Below are positions 12,310-52,253 of a stretch of DNA of 64,000 bases, in pieces. The first letter of the stretch is position 1. Every line of letters begins with the position of its first letter. The stretch lies in the NCBI GenBank assembly GCA_963693365.1, contig CAVNZM010000002.1, positions 806,001-870,000 on the forward strand, read 5' to 3'. This DNA comes from Amoebidium appalachense. Lineage: Eukaryota > Protista > Ichthyosporea. Both the position numbers and the translations under genes were made by a program. The notes beneath the pieces are model-generated. The model worked only from the letters and a program-made list of their open reading frames with translations. It ran no database searches and had not been told where the DNA came from.

Positions 12310-12677
12310 TTTCTAAAGATCAAGGACGTTGTGTCGCATTATATCTTCTAAATGATTTGATTATCGCTTGGTGTGATTCTATGCAGGTCTCGATCAAAGC
12401 AGATTGTGTTGATTTCACCCCCAGTTGGTAACTTCCTATTGTGCTGTAATGCATATATGTCGTCTAAGAAACTGCAAATACATTCACTCTAAAACAAACT
12501 GTACAATCAAAAACACCAGAGGTGTTTTTTCTTTCAACAGCTTCACTAAACCACGTTTTCTCGCTTCTTCCTGTCTCGACCTTAGAAGGCCAAAATGCCA
12601 AATAACTTGGCAACGTCACCATCTTGGGCATTTCTATACCCAGTGGGCCAGGGCTTGAATCACATTCTTCATGTGAT

Positions 12678-12895
12678 CCAATCAAAGCCCATATTTCTTG
12701 ATCCAGATTACATAAGACTGTAACATAGTAACCAATCAATAATTTAGATCATTCGGATTGGTTTGTACCAATTGCTTTTTCACAAATCAGAATCAGCTGA
12801 CATGCCACATTGTCATTGATTGAATACCGGCGGCCCAGGAAAACTCTTGAATCAAAATCTGACCAATCAGAACCTTTCGCGCCTTTTTCAATTGG
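12678..12895 (-). promoter_or_regulatory. CCAAT-box cluster upstream of the toxin-like ORF
   Basis: Six CCAAT/ATTGG motifs (near 12678, 12732, 12757, 12768, 12863, 12891), similar to clusters upstream of EF1A, XPOT and SETD3. Confidence 0.5.
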
Positions 12896-13495
12896 AATCG
12901 ATGTATTCGAGTTGCTGCTGGAAAGCTGCTCATAGGCGGCCACCCAACCCTGATCCAAAGCAACTTTAGGCCTACAACCGCACTTTTTCTTCAAGTCTCA
13001 GACTCTCAAGCGACAATGAGAAATAATATGGAGCATTATGAACTGCACCTATGGCACTCCTTGATAAACGACTGATTCCAAAAGATAAAGGGTCTAAATG
13101 TATAATATAGATGCCCAACTGAATGGATCAGTTGACCGGACATGCATTCCGAGAAAGTTGCTGCGGGCCGTGGGCCGATGCACTGTGTGCGGCTACCGTG
13201 CGCACCAATTGATCAACAGGCACGTGGACTTGTGCACGGGCATGGATGATGGACGACGCATGCTGCGTGAGGCAGTGCAGATCTAGACATGTTCCGGGCC
13301 GGCACGTACGATGTGGATAATCATTGTTGTTGTTCAACTGTTACAGTAACGTACTCGCGATCCGGTCATCTATGCAATTTAGTGCATGCGAACACGTTTG
13401 TCTAATTCAATGAGTCACGTGTCACAGCACAGCGACCCGACTGCAGGCAAGCAGACCTGGTGCATGTAGGGGGGCGACGGGGGAGTTTTTTGGGG

Positions 13496-13542
<47 letters not shown>

Positions 13543-13756
13543 CTTGGGCTTGGTGGAGGGGAACAGAGGGAAGCGCAAGGGGAGGGAGGGGAAGGGTAGG
13601 GGAGAGTCTGTGCTCGAAACCCTGGGGAGAGGAGCCTCGGAGAGGGGGGAGGGGGGGGGGGGGGAGGGGAGGAGGGAGGGGGCGGTTGGGGGTGAGGGGG
13701 ATGAGGGGCTGAGGGGGATTCGAACACTGCAGGGAAGGGGACGGCGGCGCCCGGGG

Positions 13757-13792
<36 letters not shown>

Positions 13793-13907
13793 AAGGGGAA
13801 TTATGAACAGCAAGCAAGTCGCGTCACGGATTATTTAAGGACCGAGGATCCGGATTTGACATGTACGTGTGCAAGTTTGTGTGCATGCGTACGCGTGTGT
13901 ACATGTT

Positions 13908-13938
<31 letters not shown>

Positions 13939-14461
13939 GTGTACGTGCGTTTGTGTACGTGTGCGCGCGCGCGCGTGTGTACATGTGTATAAGTGTCTTG
14001 AGTGTAAATGTGTTTTAATCTTGCAGTCACAGTGTCGCGGCCCACGAGTGCGTCTCCCGAGTCATTACACATCAAGGAATCAAAGGTTAACAGTTTTCAA
14101 TAATAAGCACTCCATGTGAAGGGCCTGGTTGTATTTGATTGTGGCCCACTCACACGGCTCATAAAAATTGCACAGCATATTCATGTGCATACGTTCATGA
14201 CCATGATCACGCGTGTGGGCGGCAAGAGCAGCATCACAGATCATGCGGCTAAAGAGCCTGCAAACTTCTCTTTCATGCGCAGTCTGAAGCGAGAAAGACA
14301 GCCTTTAAGGCCTAACTTGCACCCTTTTTGCTGCAATCATCAGTTTTTTGTCACCTGCAGGCTCAAATGCTAGGCCAATCGATGCGACTGATCTGTAGGA
14401 ATGCTTGTCATTCATTCAATTTACGCCACAAAAAAAACTTTCAAAGTCGTATTCGAATCGA

Positions 14462-14497
<36 letters not shown>

Positions 14498-14697
14498 ACA
14501 AAAAAAAAAAACAAAAACAAAAAAAACAAACAAACAAACAAACAAACAAACAAAACATTAGCTAGCTACAACAGTCCCTAAGGCTGCCCTACGCGAAAAA
14601 TACTTGGAACTATGTAGACACAAACACACATCTTAGTGCACACTGCACACACCCCGGATGATGCCACCATCCCACCATACAATATACAAACCGAGCA

Positions 14698-40081
<25,384 letters not shown>

Positions 40082-41170
40082 TTTGATTGCTGAGTGGTGA
40101 CTTTATACGTGACCTTGAAAAACTTGGGGCTAGGTACAATTCAAAGAGATGGGGGTGGATGGACACTTCTGTGATGGCCGCATCACCTGGCCGGGATCAG
40201 TTGGATCTCGCTGAGTTAGGTGTTATGGATCCATAGTTGCGAACATGTTGATGCGCCACGGCAACCAGCACTATCTAGCTACGACGCACATCAAACACTC
40301 TATCGATAATGGTGTGCAACACCCGTCTTTCCATCACCACGAGGCTTTAGAGAGACTTAAGAGATCTTCCCCACAGGTGTATTGGCCGCGCACAAAAAAA
40401 CAGGTTCAAATTTGTTGTTTTTTTTTCCGCGCGCCGGTGCAGCAGTTCACTGACTGACTGATCATCAACTTTGAAAGTGGCTCACGGCCGGGCCGCCCAA
40501 AATGAGCTCGAGGCGCAATCATTGCATCCCCGAATGATCATGACTCAAAGTCACTTTCTATGAAGTAGTGTATTGGTGACTGTACAGAAAATCCACCTTT
40601 TGTTATGAGAGTTAATTTGTGTAGATATACACCTATATCATTGCTGTATGCTAGTATTAGATAACGGAAAGTGGCCCTTTTGGCAGGCTGTGTGTCATAC
40701 AGCTGAGACGAACACATGACTCAGGTATTTGGCAACAGCACGAGTTTCACAAGTCGGCAACAATAGCTACATGTCCTTTATCCAATTAAAACGTTAAATA
40801 TCTCAGATTCCAAAGGGTAGCCAATAAAAACAAAGATAAATCTACAAAGTGACCAATACGTGCCCGGTGACATAATGAGGCGTAACCAGGTGCACACGTG
40901 CATATGCCGGCGACGCCCTGCCCGGCGAGAGAAGTTTTACAAGGCTTGCAGAGAGAGAGTGAGTTATGAACCTCTCAATTATACTAGATTTCGCTTTGCA
41001 GCGTTTCTTTGCCTAGAGAGGTTAGATCTGTTACTTTCTGTTACTTTTTAGCTATTTTGCTTGTTTTGGCTACAGGTTTCTGGGCGGTGCCAATGTTGGT
41101 GTGCACTGAACAGCTTCCCCTGGTCGACGAGCGCCTACGAGACTAGCGCGCTTCTGACCCGGCCAACAAG
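40082..41170. promoter_or_regulatory. Divergent promoter region WDR11/XPOT with probable XPOT 5'-UTR exon(s)
   Basis: Free of simple repeats; CCAAT near 40782, 40821, 40853; candidate non-coding exon ctacag|41076-41170|gtaaca followed by pyrimidine-rich intron. Confidence 0.5.
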
Positions 41171-42860
41171 GTAACACTCACACATTTCTGCCCTTCTTTC
41201 TCTTTCCTTCCCTTTTGGTGGTCCTGGTTTTCATTCTTCTTGTGGCACGTACTACTTTGTTGGCTGTTGCGGTTGCTGAGGGTATAGCTCTACAAATGAT
41301 TATCTGTTAGTGGTGTATCTGATGGTGGTGTACAAGCGCTGATGCTTTCCAGCATTTCTTTCCTTGTTTTTCTATCTCCATAGCTCACTTGTTTTGTCCA
41401 ACGTATATAGGACTTCCGACACGCTTGATTTTGCATTTACACTTGCTACCCAACACAAACGGACGGTGCCCTTGAGATGCATGTGCTTGTGTGTGTCACA
41501 CACTTGTGCGTAGGCTGTGCTTGTATGTGTCACACACGTGTGCGTAGGCACACACTTATACTCTGACACGCTTTCACTCACACACAAACCCATGCAAGCA
41601 CCCACACACTTTTTCAACTGCACACTATGCATGAACTCTGTGGGTGCACACGTTTGATAGCGCATCTTCACTGCTCCTAAATTAAAAAAGCAGTTGTGAT
41701 GTGACAATGACCCTAAACACAGTTGTTGTTGATCTGCCCTTGGTTCACGGTGTCACTAGCTTTCTTTTGGTCAGTTCTGTTTAGCCATTTTCTCTCGTGT
41801 TCTCCACTCTTACTTCGCTCCCCTTCTCCCCCTTATCTCTTGCCCGTTCCCTCTGCCCTTCCTCCTCTCTCCCATGCCGCTCCGGCTTTCACCCAACTTG
41901 CCCGCCCTCCTCCCCCCCTACCCCCCCTCCGGCCCCATCCGACGGACCTCTTGTTCCCCTCCTTCCGTTCTTCCCTCTGAGGAGTGAAAGAGGGGATCTT
42001 TCACTTATCTGGTTCTATTCTTTCTTCCCTCCCGTCTGTGTCTTTCCTTCCGTCCTTGTCTTGCGTCCCATTTTCCCCAGTATGATCTCACTTGGATCTG
42101 AAAGAATTTTTCCTTGGACTGAAAAATCTTAGCATTCCTTGTATGGCCTCAATGCTGTCGTTTGATTGTGGTGCCGCCGTTTCCTAGGTACTGTGCAGCC
42201 CTTTTGCCGTGGTTTCCCCGGGTGCACCATTTGCTCCTGTTAACGTTGTAAGCACACACGTACATGAACATGTATGCTTTCCGGTTGCTTTCCTTCTCAT
42301 CCTCCCCCTCCCTCCGCGCGTGGATGACTTGGGACCTCCCTGAGGATGGGTTCTACTGATGAATGCAAACTCTTTTTTGTGTGCTCTGTAAATCAGCGTT
42401 TTTTGTTAGTTGTAAACGTGTAATTCGTGTTTTATGGGGCATTCTATCCCCCCCCCCCCCCCCCTTTCCTACCTCCCTAATATTTTCTTTACCCCCTTCC
42501 CCTCCTCCATGTCTCCCTCACGACGATCCTATCTTCACTCACATACACACACTACACACACACACACACCCGTCCACTCCCTCTCATTGTTGTCCCCTCT
42601 TCACCCTTCCCCTTCCTCCCCCCCCCCCCCTCCCCCCCCCCCCCATCTGCTTTCTCCCACTCTTCCCAGGCCAACCCACTGCATATGAGGCTGCATGTAC
42701 CTGCTTCTCCCTCACCCCCCATCCTATTTCCTTTTCATGTTATATATGTAGGGCACCGTATCTTTGGTCTGTGTATTTGCAGCTTGCACTGTTTCCTGCT
42801 TTAAGCTTCCAGTCCTTCCCTGTTGCGCTAACAGTGAATCAATGGTCTATATATATATAT

Positions 42861-42932
<72 letters not shown>

Positions 42933-43015
42933 TCTGTCACACACACACACACATTCATTCTCTCTCTCTCTCCCCCTCTCTCCCCCTTCTCATACTCTCT
43001 CTCTCCTATTTTCAC

Positions 43016-43148
43016 GAGGATGGACTCTGCCTGTTTCGCATACTGCGCGCGTTGCTGATGTTGCATACTAGAATGTTTGCTTTTGCCTGTGTCCTGCACC
43101 GTGTTTCGCATCATGTACTTGTACTTCGTACCGTGTTCCGCATTCTAA
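43016..43148 (+). mobile_element. 5'-truncated diverged family A copy
   Basis: gaggatggactctgc...gctgatgttgcatact.gaatgtttgc...gtacttcgtaccgtgttccgcattctaa-(C)n. Confidence 0.85.
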
Positions 43149-43766
43149 CCCCCCCTCCCCTCTCTCCCCCTCCCCCTCTCTCTTCCACTGTCTTTCCCCC
43201 CCCCCCCCCCCCCCCCCCCCCCCGCCCCTCCCACCATTTTTCATTTCTGTATTTTATGTTTGTTTGTTGTGAATACGGCGCTTGGTGCTGTGGCATATCT
43301 TCCCCCTCTTCCCCTGGGGGCGCCCGGCTCTCCCATGCTTTTGCTCTCTCGTGTCTTGTGTTATGGTCCAGGGGTGGTTTCCTCCTTTTTTTCCCCGCTT
43401 AAAAAAAGAAAGCTTTTGTCTGTGTGTGCGTGTGTGCTTACGAGAATGTGTGCCTGTTGTTTTGTTTGTGCCCGGTGGGGGTAAAGGGGGGGGGGGGGGG
43501 GGGGGGGGGGATCCGTATGTGCCTACACAGGGCTCTTCTGGAAACGCTTTTTGGGTTAGTTTGTCGGGTTGTTTTTCAGCTCTTTTCTTAGGTTCTCATT
43601 TTTGGGTGGGCGCGGGGGAAGGAAGTAGGGGGGAGGATGGCACACACAAATCGTGGTGACGGATAGGTGGACAGGCACGGAGTCGGTGCATATGTAGAAC
43701 ACTGTGATCAATGCTTTGTGGTTGTTGCTCTGTGGGTGTTTGGCTGATGTATCTTCCCTCTCTCAG

Positions 43767-44438
43767 ATGGATGAGTTCGAGCAGGCGGTGGTGTGCAGCC
43801 TTAACCCCACCGGGGACCCAACGGTTAAGGCCCAGGCCACAGCATACTGCGACAGCTTCAAGATCAGCCCCAATGGCTGGTCAGTAGCCCTTGCTCGGTT
43901 TGTTCAGGAGCCGGCGGCAAGCACTGGTGCCAATGCCGACCTTGTGCGGTTCTTTTGCCTGCACGTGCTTGAGGATACGGTGACCAAGCGATATGATTCG
44001 CTGGGGCCAGCAGATAGGGCCAGACTGAAGGAGGGATTGATGCAGTGGCTGAGACAGGCAGGGACATCGAACACTGTGCCCGGATACATATGGAACAAGT
44101 TTGCGCAGGTGGGTGGGTGGGTGGGTGCCTGCGTGGGTGGCTGATGTGGTGTGGTGTGGTGTGTGGGGGATGTGTGATGTGTGATGCGTGTGCGAGTGTG
44201 CGTGTGATGTGATGTTTGGGTGGGTGGGTGGGTGGGTTATGAAGAAGGGGGGATGGGGGGGGGAAGTGGCGGCAAATAGGTGTTGATGTGATGTTCAGTG
44301 ATGCCACGCTGTGTCCCCACGCAATGCTTGCTCGGCCGGCGAGATAGAGCGGTTATCATGAATGTCACGCGGTAGGGTGTGTGTGCAGCGTCATGCGAGT
44401 TCTTTGTCTTCTCTTTTGGAGGGACGGAGGAGTGGGAT

Positions 44439-44473
<35 letters not shown>

Positions 44474-44702
44474 TCCATATCGACCACACAGAGGAGGCAT
44501 CTATCGGGGAGAGAGGGGCGCGGGGGGAGGGGGGGGGGGGTTGCAAAGAAAACGAGTTTTTCTGTTGCATATCGAAGATGCCCCGTATACCCAGGGTTTG
44601 TATGTGATTGACTATATGCGCATCACATTGACTATATGCGCATCACAATTGGTTGGAGTATTGGTGCAGGTCTTCCCAGGCATCCGTATTGATTAGTCTT
44701 AC

Positions 44703-44775
<73 letters not shown>

Positions 44776-47433
44776 CTTCCACATCTACCGCCTTTCTCTG
44801 TTCTTTTCCCTCCATCCCTCCACCATCCCCCTCCATGCTCAGGTCCTGACACTTATCTTCCGTCGTGAGTACATTGACGAATGGCGGGGGTTCTTCACTG
44901 AGTTGGTGGGGATGCTCGGCCAGGGGCCTGTGCTCGTGCACACGTTCCTCCGAGTATGCACGGCCATTCATGACGAGGTGGTGTCCAGGACACTCAACCG
45001 CACACAGGACGAGCTGAGGCAGAACAGTGCCATCAAGGACACCATGAGGCAGCAGTGTGTGCACGTATGTCTGCCCCCCTCCCAACCCCACCTCTACCAC
45101 ACACACGCGCACACACACACACGCATACACATGTACACAAGGGTGGACGAGCACATGTACACCCGCGTGTGTGCGCACAAGCACAGGCACGGGCACACAG
45201 CCACCACATGACTGCTGACATTTTGCGATTGCCACACACATTATTGGGCCACGGTGTGTGTTGCAGTCAAATGCACGGACCAACTCGGACACACACAGAT
45301 GCTGTTACACTGATGTGCAATTCCTTTTTCCTTCTTGCCCCTGCATCGCAAAATACACTTCCCGTGCCGGCTATTGACACCTAATTTCCCCCTCGAGGCA
45401 CACTTCCCACGCCTGATTGGGCTGTAGTAGGGGAAACCCTTTTCTCGGCCAATCATCTCCTGCGTGTTCGTGGTTGGCTGTTTGTGTACTTGCTAGCGCA
45501 TGTGTGCGGGTATGAGCAGTTTGGGAAGTATCATTACCATGCAAAGCACCCAGGATTTTTGACCAGTTTTTTTATTTCTGCCTTTTTGTGTGTGCGGGGG
45601 AGGGAGAGGAGTTATAGGTGTAGGTATGTGTGTGCGTGTGCGTGCATGCATGCATGTGTGCTAGCCGAAGCTTTTTTGTGGCAATGTGTGTGTGCGTGTG
45701 CGTGTGCGTGTGTGTAGGGGGGGGGGGGGGGGGGGATCTTTTCTCTGTACCTTGCAACCCTGTTGGACGATCAGGTGTGTGGTCTTCGGGCGTGCCTGTG
45801 GTGCCAGGGATGGTCTTTTTTTTTGGGGGGGGGGGGGATGGGGGATGGGGGATGGGGTTGGCTCAATGATGAGGTTCGAAATATTTTCATTGTGTAGGCA
45901 AAGGAAAGGGTCGAGTGTGCATGCGGCCACCAATGCTTTACACATCGGTTGTTTTTCGTTGACTCCCTTTTCTTCTATTGTTTTGTGTTTTCCACAACAG
46001 AGCTTCTTCTTCTTCTTCTTCTTTTTTTTTTTTTTTTTTTTTTTTTTGTTGTCTTTTTGGGGGGTGTAGGGGGGGTGTTGGGGGGGGGGGGGGGGGGGGG
46101 GGTAGCAACAAGGATAGATGTACTGTGGCTGACATGGACTGTTTCAGGTGCTGGCGCAGGCCTGGGGCCAGATCTTGCAGGCCTACGGCAGCAACGGGGA
46201 GATCATCAGCACATGCCTCACGGTCATTGGCCAGTACGTCTCGTGGATCGACATCGGATTGGTTGTCAACGACCAGATCCTGCCCTTGATCTTCGGCTAC
46301 CTTAAGGTCCCATCCACCCGCCAAGCGGCATGCCAATGTGTCAGCGACATAGTCAACAAGGGCATGCCGGGGGCTGAAAAGGTTCGTCTTCTTCAAACCT
46401 TGGGCCTCCTACCCGCCATCCAAGCGCTTGCAACAGGGCAGGAAGACGATGAAGATTTCCTCGACGGACTTGCTAAGTTGCTCGATACGGCCGGCACCAC
46501 AACCATCACGGCACTACAAGAGGCCGAATCCGCGACCCCACCACAACCGCCACCCCCCGGATGCAACGAACTTCTAGACCAAGCGGTCGGGCTCATGTTT
46601 GGGTTCCTCAATCACGATATTGATGATGTCAGCGCTGCCGTTGCCCCGTTTGCGCAAGCCTACATCGGCCTAGTCAAGTTCTACGCACTTAAACGCAACG
46701 CAGGGCTCACGGCAACCCAACAGTCACACATGCAGTCCCTCGTTCAGGTGATAACCCGTAAACTCAAATACGACGACGAGTACAACTTTGAGCGGCAGGG
46801 GGAGGATGAGGCGTTCTTTGACGACTACCGCAAGACGCTGCTGACCATGCTGACAAACATGGCTGCCCTGGACCCCCAGGCCATAGTGGCCCACACAGAT
46901 GCACTGCTGCAGGCAACAGTCGCTGCACTGCCCCATGCTAACTTTGCTGATGTCGAGGTATGTGTGTGGGTTATCAAGCACACCCCCTCCCCCCAACACA
47001 TACACACACCCCCTCCCCCCAACACATACACACATCACATCACATCACATCACATCACATCACATCACATCACATCACATCACATCACATCACATCACAT
47101 CACATCACATCACAATCTAACCCCCCCCCCCCCTTTTTTTTTCCCCCATTAGATAAACGATTTGTGTGTTACTTTCCTTGACGGGTTAGGATCTCCTTTG
47201 GGTTGGGCAAATTTGTTTATTCGGAATTTTTTTGTGGGACTCTGCCAATCATTTGTCCCCTCCACAGCCTGGTTCCTCTTTCTCCTCCTCCTACACCCCT
47301 CCTCCCGCAGGCCCAAGCTGTGCCATAAAACGCCTGCATGCTGGCACATACACACCGAGCACACACACGTGCCCGCGCGCGCTCGCGTGCACACACAATT
47401 ACTCACTCGCTCGCTCACTCACTCACTCACTCA

Positions 47434-47478
<45 letters not shown>

Positions 47479-49413
47479 CTGAAGCACATATCTCCTGGCA
47501 TTGAAGAACAAATGAATGGCATTCACGAACACATACATACCACTCCAGCACCCTACGTACAAGGAGCAGCATGCAATAAAGACACACACACACACACACA
47601 CACAGCGCGCATGCACGCACGCTCACTCACACACAACGCTCACTCACACACACGCACAAACATATTTTAGCGCACGTTTGGCCTGCACTCCCTATGTAAT
47701 CCCCACGAGTAACCACTTTCCAGGCACTCACACCCATCCTCTCCATTATCCTCCTCCTCCAACCCCGCCACACTCTTGATGTGTGCTCTTATTTGCTTCA
47801 AAACCTGCCTTGTGTTGTCTGTCATAAACGTGTACCTTTTACTCTTTAACACCTAATTCCCCTTTCCCCCCTCCCAGGTTGCCCTCCTACTTCTGTACCA
47901 ACTGGGTGAATCCATCCCCGCACCAGAGCTCTACCAAACCACACCAGCCCCGTCCCCACTGTACGGCATGCTTGCCCGTGTCCTTGCCTCCCCAATACCC
48001 GGCTACCCACACCGGGCCGTCAATCTCATGTTCTTTGAGTGTCTGGCACGCTACTGGCGCTGCTTCACCGTCCAACCAGAGGGTATTCCCTCGGCTTTGG
48101 ACGCATTTTTCAGCAATGTCGGTCTCAACCACCCTGCCAGCCAAGTGCGTAGTCAGGCGTGCTACGTTTTTTCAAAGTTTTGCCGGCAGCTTCTCAAGCA
48201 GATGCAGAGTTATTTGGACGAGATTCTACGGCGTATTCAGCCCCTGTTGATTCTCCGAGTCGGACGAAACGGCGCACGGGGGCCTAGCGGGATGAACCTC
48301 ACGTACGAAGACCAACTGTATTTGTTTGAAACGGCTTCAGCACTCATGTTTGCAGAGTCGGTGCCGGCAGAACAACAGCAACTGTTGCTCGAGGGGTGCC
48401 TTGGTCCTTTGATGACACAGTGCACGGACATATTGAACCAGCAGAGATATTTGTCCGATACGGAAACAATGCCGACCTACACCACGTTTTTGGTGCAGGC
48501 CATGGGGGTGGTTACACGGGTGGCAAAATGCGCCGACAAGCGATGCACGGAGTACTTCCTTCAATGTTTCCGTGTGTTTGTTCCCTCACTTTCCATCCCC
48601 GTCAACCAGGCAAACATACGCCAAGCGGTAATCACATACTGCCATCGAATGGTGGCTTCGGGTGGGCAGGTGGTTCTACCTGAAATGCCCCCCCTACTCG
48701 TTCTATTACTTCAGACGGGGGACGCACAGGTGGTTAGCGACACCGTGACGCTGGTGACGCAGCTCATATCCAAATTTAAGGGTGCAATCAGTGTGATTCT
48801 GTGCGATATGCTTCTAGGTATTGTTAAGGCAATTTTCGACGTTCTAAATGCGCCGTTCCACCCGGACGACCGTGAGCAAATTCGTCTTTTGGCGGCGCTC
48901 AAACAGACATACTTTAAGCTTCTGTTTACTATCGCAACGTGCGAGCTTACAGACGTGTTTCTAACGGAGCAAAACATGCCCCACCTTCCAAACATTCTTC
49001 AAACGGCGGTGGAGGGGGCGACGGACGCTAGCGATCCGAGCAGTCAGAAATCGGCCTTTGGCGTCCTACGGTCGCTAGTTCAGGCGTGGCTAGGACCGGA
49101 AAAGTTCCCCGGATTTACGCAATATTGCTACGACAGCATTGTCCCGGCGTGTTTTGTTGCGGTTTTGAAACCGGATTTCGACATGGCGGATGCGCAGTCG
49201 GGCATGCACGTGATGAACGAGGTGGCGCAGCTGCAGAAAACGCTGTACACTAAGCTCGGGGCACCATACCTGGAGGTGCTGGCTACGGCGGCATTTCCGG
49301 CGCTGCAGATACCCCAAGACATGGCCATGGAGTATGTGCAGGGGCTAAGGGACCTGCCAGAGGCCCAGTTTAAGAAGTTCTTTCGCCAGTTTATTAAGAA
49401 GAAGAGGGGGTAG
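43767..49413 (+). CDS. XPOT: Exportin-T (tRNA export receptor, Los1 family), 4 coding exons, 969 aa
   Basis: GT-AG exons 43767-44108, 44843-45064, 46148-46957, 47878-49413 join in frame. Motifs VRFFCL, WNKFAQV, IKDTMR, YVSWIDIGLVVND, IVNKGM, EDEAFFDDYRK, LLYQLGE, DQLYLFE, FDMADAQ. Confidence 0.95.
47031..47113. repeat. (CACAT)n pentanucleotide microsatellite
   Basis: About 16 consecutive units in XPOT intron 3. Confidence 0.95.
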
Positions 49414-49463
49414 GCATGGGTGTGGGGTAGGTGGGAGAGGGTAGATCCATGTAGTGGGGCCGT

Positions 49464-49523
<60 letters not shown>

Positions 49524-49558
49524 AAATTTATTACGAATGACTGTGTTTGGGCATTTTT

Positions 49559-49589
<31 letters not shown>

Positions 49590-50579
49590 GGGATGACGAT
49601 GAATATCGGTCTGTCTGAAAAGGTGTGTGTTGGTGGTGAAATGATGAAATGATGTATGTGTTAAAGCAAGTCGGAAAATGAAGGGTGTTGAAACCTAGGA
49701 GTAGAATGTTCAAAGCACATGCACGAATATGTATCTTGCACCATAACCATTGTGACGGGTACACACACACACACGCACACACACATCCACACTCACACAC
49801 TCACACACCGACAGAGACACGCACACATACATACACACATGCACACACAAGCAAACAGGGACACGTCATATCATATTATCCTCTGATACCGACTCCATCA
49901 TTGTTCGAAATGGCCGAATATCTGAGCGGTGTTTGATTGAGTGCATGCAGGCCATGTACATAGAATCGGGTGGTTACTTTGATTTTAATTTTTTTTTTCT
50001 TCTAATTTTTTGCTGAAATGTAGTGGAACGGGTAGCACTATGTGGGTGTATGTTGACTCTAGGAGATTATTTGTATGCACTGATTTAATGTATGTTGCTA
50101 GATATACTTGGGTGACCTATGGTGTGTGTCAGTGTGTTTGTGGGTGTCTTGGGGGTCTAATATTGCTTAGCACTAGATGTAATTGAAGACTGCACGGAGT
50201 AATATTGCTGTTGGTGCAGAATGATGTGTGTACAGAAATGATATGTTCCGTTATCAATAACATGATTGAGATGAGATAATCACCTCATTGCCAAATTACA
50301 CAGTGTATACATGTCGCAGTCTGTGCGCATGTTGTGTGTGTGCGTGTGGTCATGCATTCATGTGTGCACATGCACAAAGTTAACTCTAGAATCAATGTCT
50401 GAGCCAACGAACCAGGCCTAACCCTCCCACCACCACAGCACAACACACGCACGCGCACATACACGTGACACACATACTCACACGTACATGGTGACACTCA
50501 CATCACACGGTGTGATACACATGTACACATGTACAGACACGGCCACTTCCAGCCAGTGCCCATGTGCAGGTGCATGTAC

Positions 50580-51421
50580 CTTTCGTAGGCCATTGGTGTC
50601 CGGAGTGCCTCGCTGCCCACCCCCCCCCCCCCCCCCCCCCCTCCCCTCCCCCCGGTGGCCCATGCTCCTGGCGCCTGAACACACACAAACACAACACATG
50701 CACACACACACGCACACACACACAAGCAACCACTCAGACACGACCACCACCAACATGTACGTACACCAGGCTGCCACCACGTCATGCATGATACCCGGAA
50801 TGAGCTACAGAATTACATCCCCCCCCCCCCCTCCCCCCCCCCCCCCTTGGAGCCCCTTCCATTTTCAGAATATTATCTGCGGCCACATGCGCAGGGCCCC
50901 GCTTGTCTAGGGCCCTCCCAAGCTGCTGCTCGGTTACCTTCACCTCGACCCCCAACATATGCAAAAATCAAAGGAAAACCAACTAAGGAATTCGAAAAAG
51001 GAAAGGCCCAAACGTTTGTATAAGTGTTGCAACGAATTCGAAGGAATTGGAAGAAAGACAGCCTCGAATCTACGAAGCAAATAAGACTCAAAGTTTCTCG
51101 AAGATTCTGAAGGGAAAATTCTGCAGGCTGCCCACGTGCACCAGCTGCAGCGCTGGGTAAGTTTCAAAAAGATGCATGCGGGATATGTGACACATGAACA
51201 CGAGGCACGCAGTGTACACACATACGTGCACACCTCATGCACGTGCACACGTATATATATCCGCCCACACCACACCACAATGTCATGCATGTGTGCCTGG
51301 CATTAGCGATTCAGGGGGGGGGGGTGGGGGGGGGGGGGGGGTGGGGGGGGGGGGAAGGAAGGAGGGGGGGGGGAAGGGGGAGGGGGGGAGGGGAGGGGGG
51401 GGGGGAAGAGAGAGAGAGAGA

Positions 51422-51457
<36 letters not shown>

Positions 51458-52220
51458 GGGAGGGGGGAGGGGGCACGGGGAGAGAGGGCTGTCAGAGGGA
51501 GAGAGGGAGGCTTGGGGAGAAGGATGCTGATTGGTACTAGCCCTTGCCAATGAAGAGGAGCCTGAAAGGGATGGGGGATAAACGGCCAAAGTGCAGGGAG
51601 GGGAGGGGGGAAGGGGGGAGGAGGGGGTAGGGGCTGGGGGTTGGAGGGGGGGGGGGGGGGGGGGGGGGGTTGCTTACCATCGTAGTATACCTGCATGCTG
51701 TAGTAGTCTATGGGGACTTGGATGTGATTGGGGCGATGAGGCTCATCATCCGAGACAGCCAAATGGAAGGGGAAGGGGGAAGGATGAGGAGGAGGAGAGG
51801 GAAGGGGCCGGAAGAGGGGAGGGGGAGGGGGGTCCAGGAGCTTGGGGTTTGGGAGAGGTGGAGGGGAGGGAGGGGGGGGGGGGGGGGGGGGAAGGGGCGG
51901 GGGAAGGGGGCGGGGAGGGGGGGGGGGGGGGAGAGGGGGGGGGGGGGAGAGGGGGGGGAGGGGGAGGGGGGGGCATGCACGGTTGTCACTCTGGCCAAAC
52001 ACCACTGGGCCAGCATGATTAGATTTCTTCTGCCCTCTGCCCACATGACATCCAACCAATAGCCCATGTGTAAAAGGGCCGCTAATAAGGGACCTGCCAC
52101 ACAAACGACGTTTTCAAGCTACTCGGTACAGTATATTGAGCCAAACCCTGCCTTCCTTGCGACCAGCAGTAAGGGAGGGGGTGGGGTGGTGGTGGTGGTG
52201 GTGGTGGTGGTGGTGGTGGT

Positions 52221-52253
<33 letters not shown>

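Noticed and set aside
50910-51160. High-complexity exon-like segment ending in gtaagt
   Set aside because: Stops in all + frames and no recognisable homology; possibly a decayed insertion.
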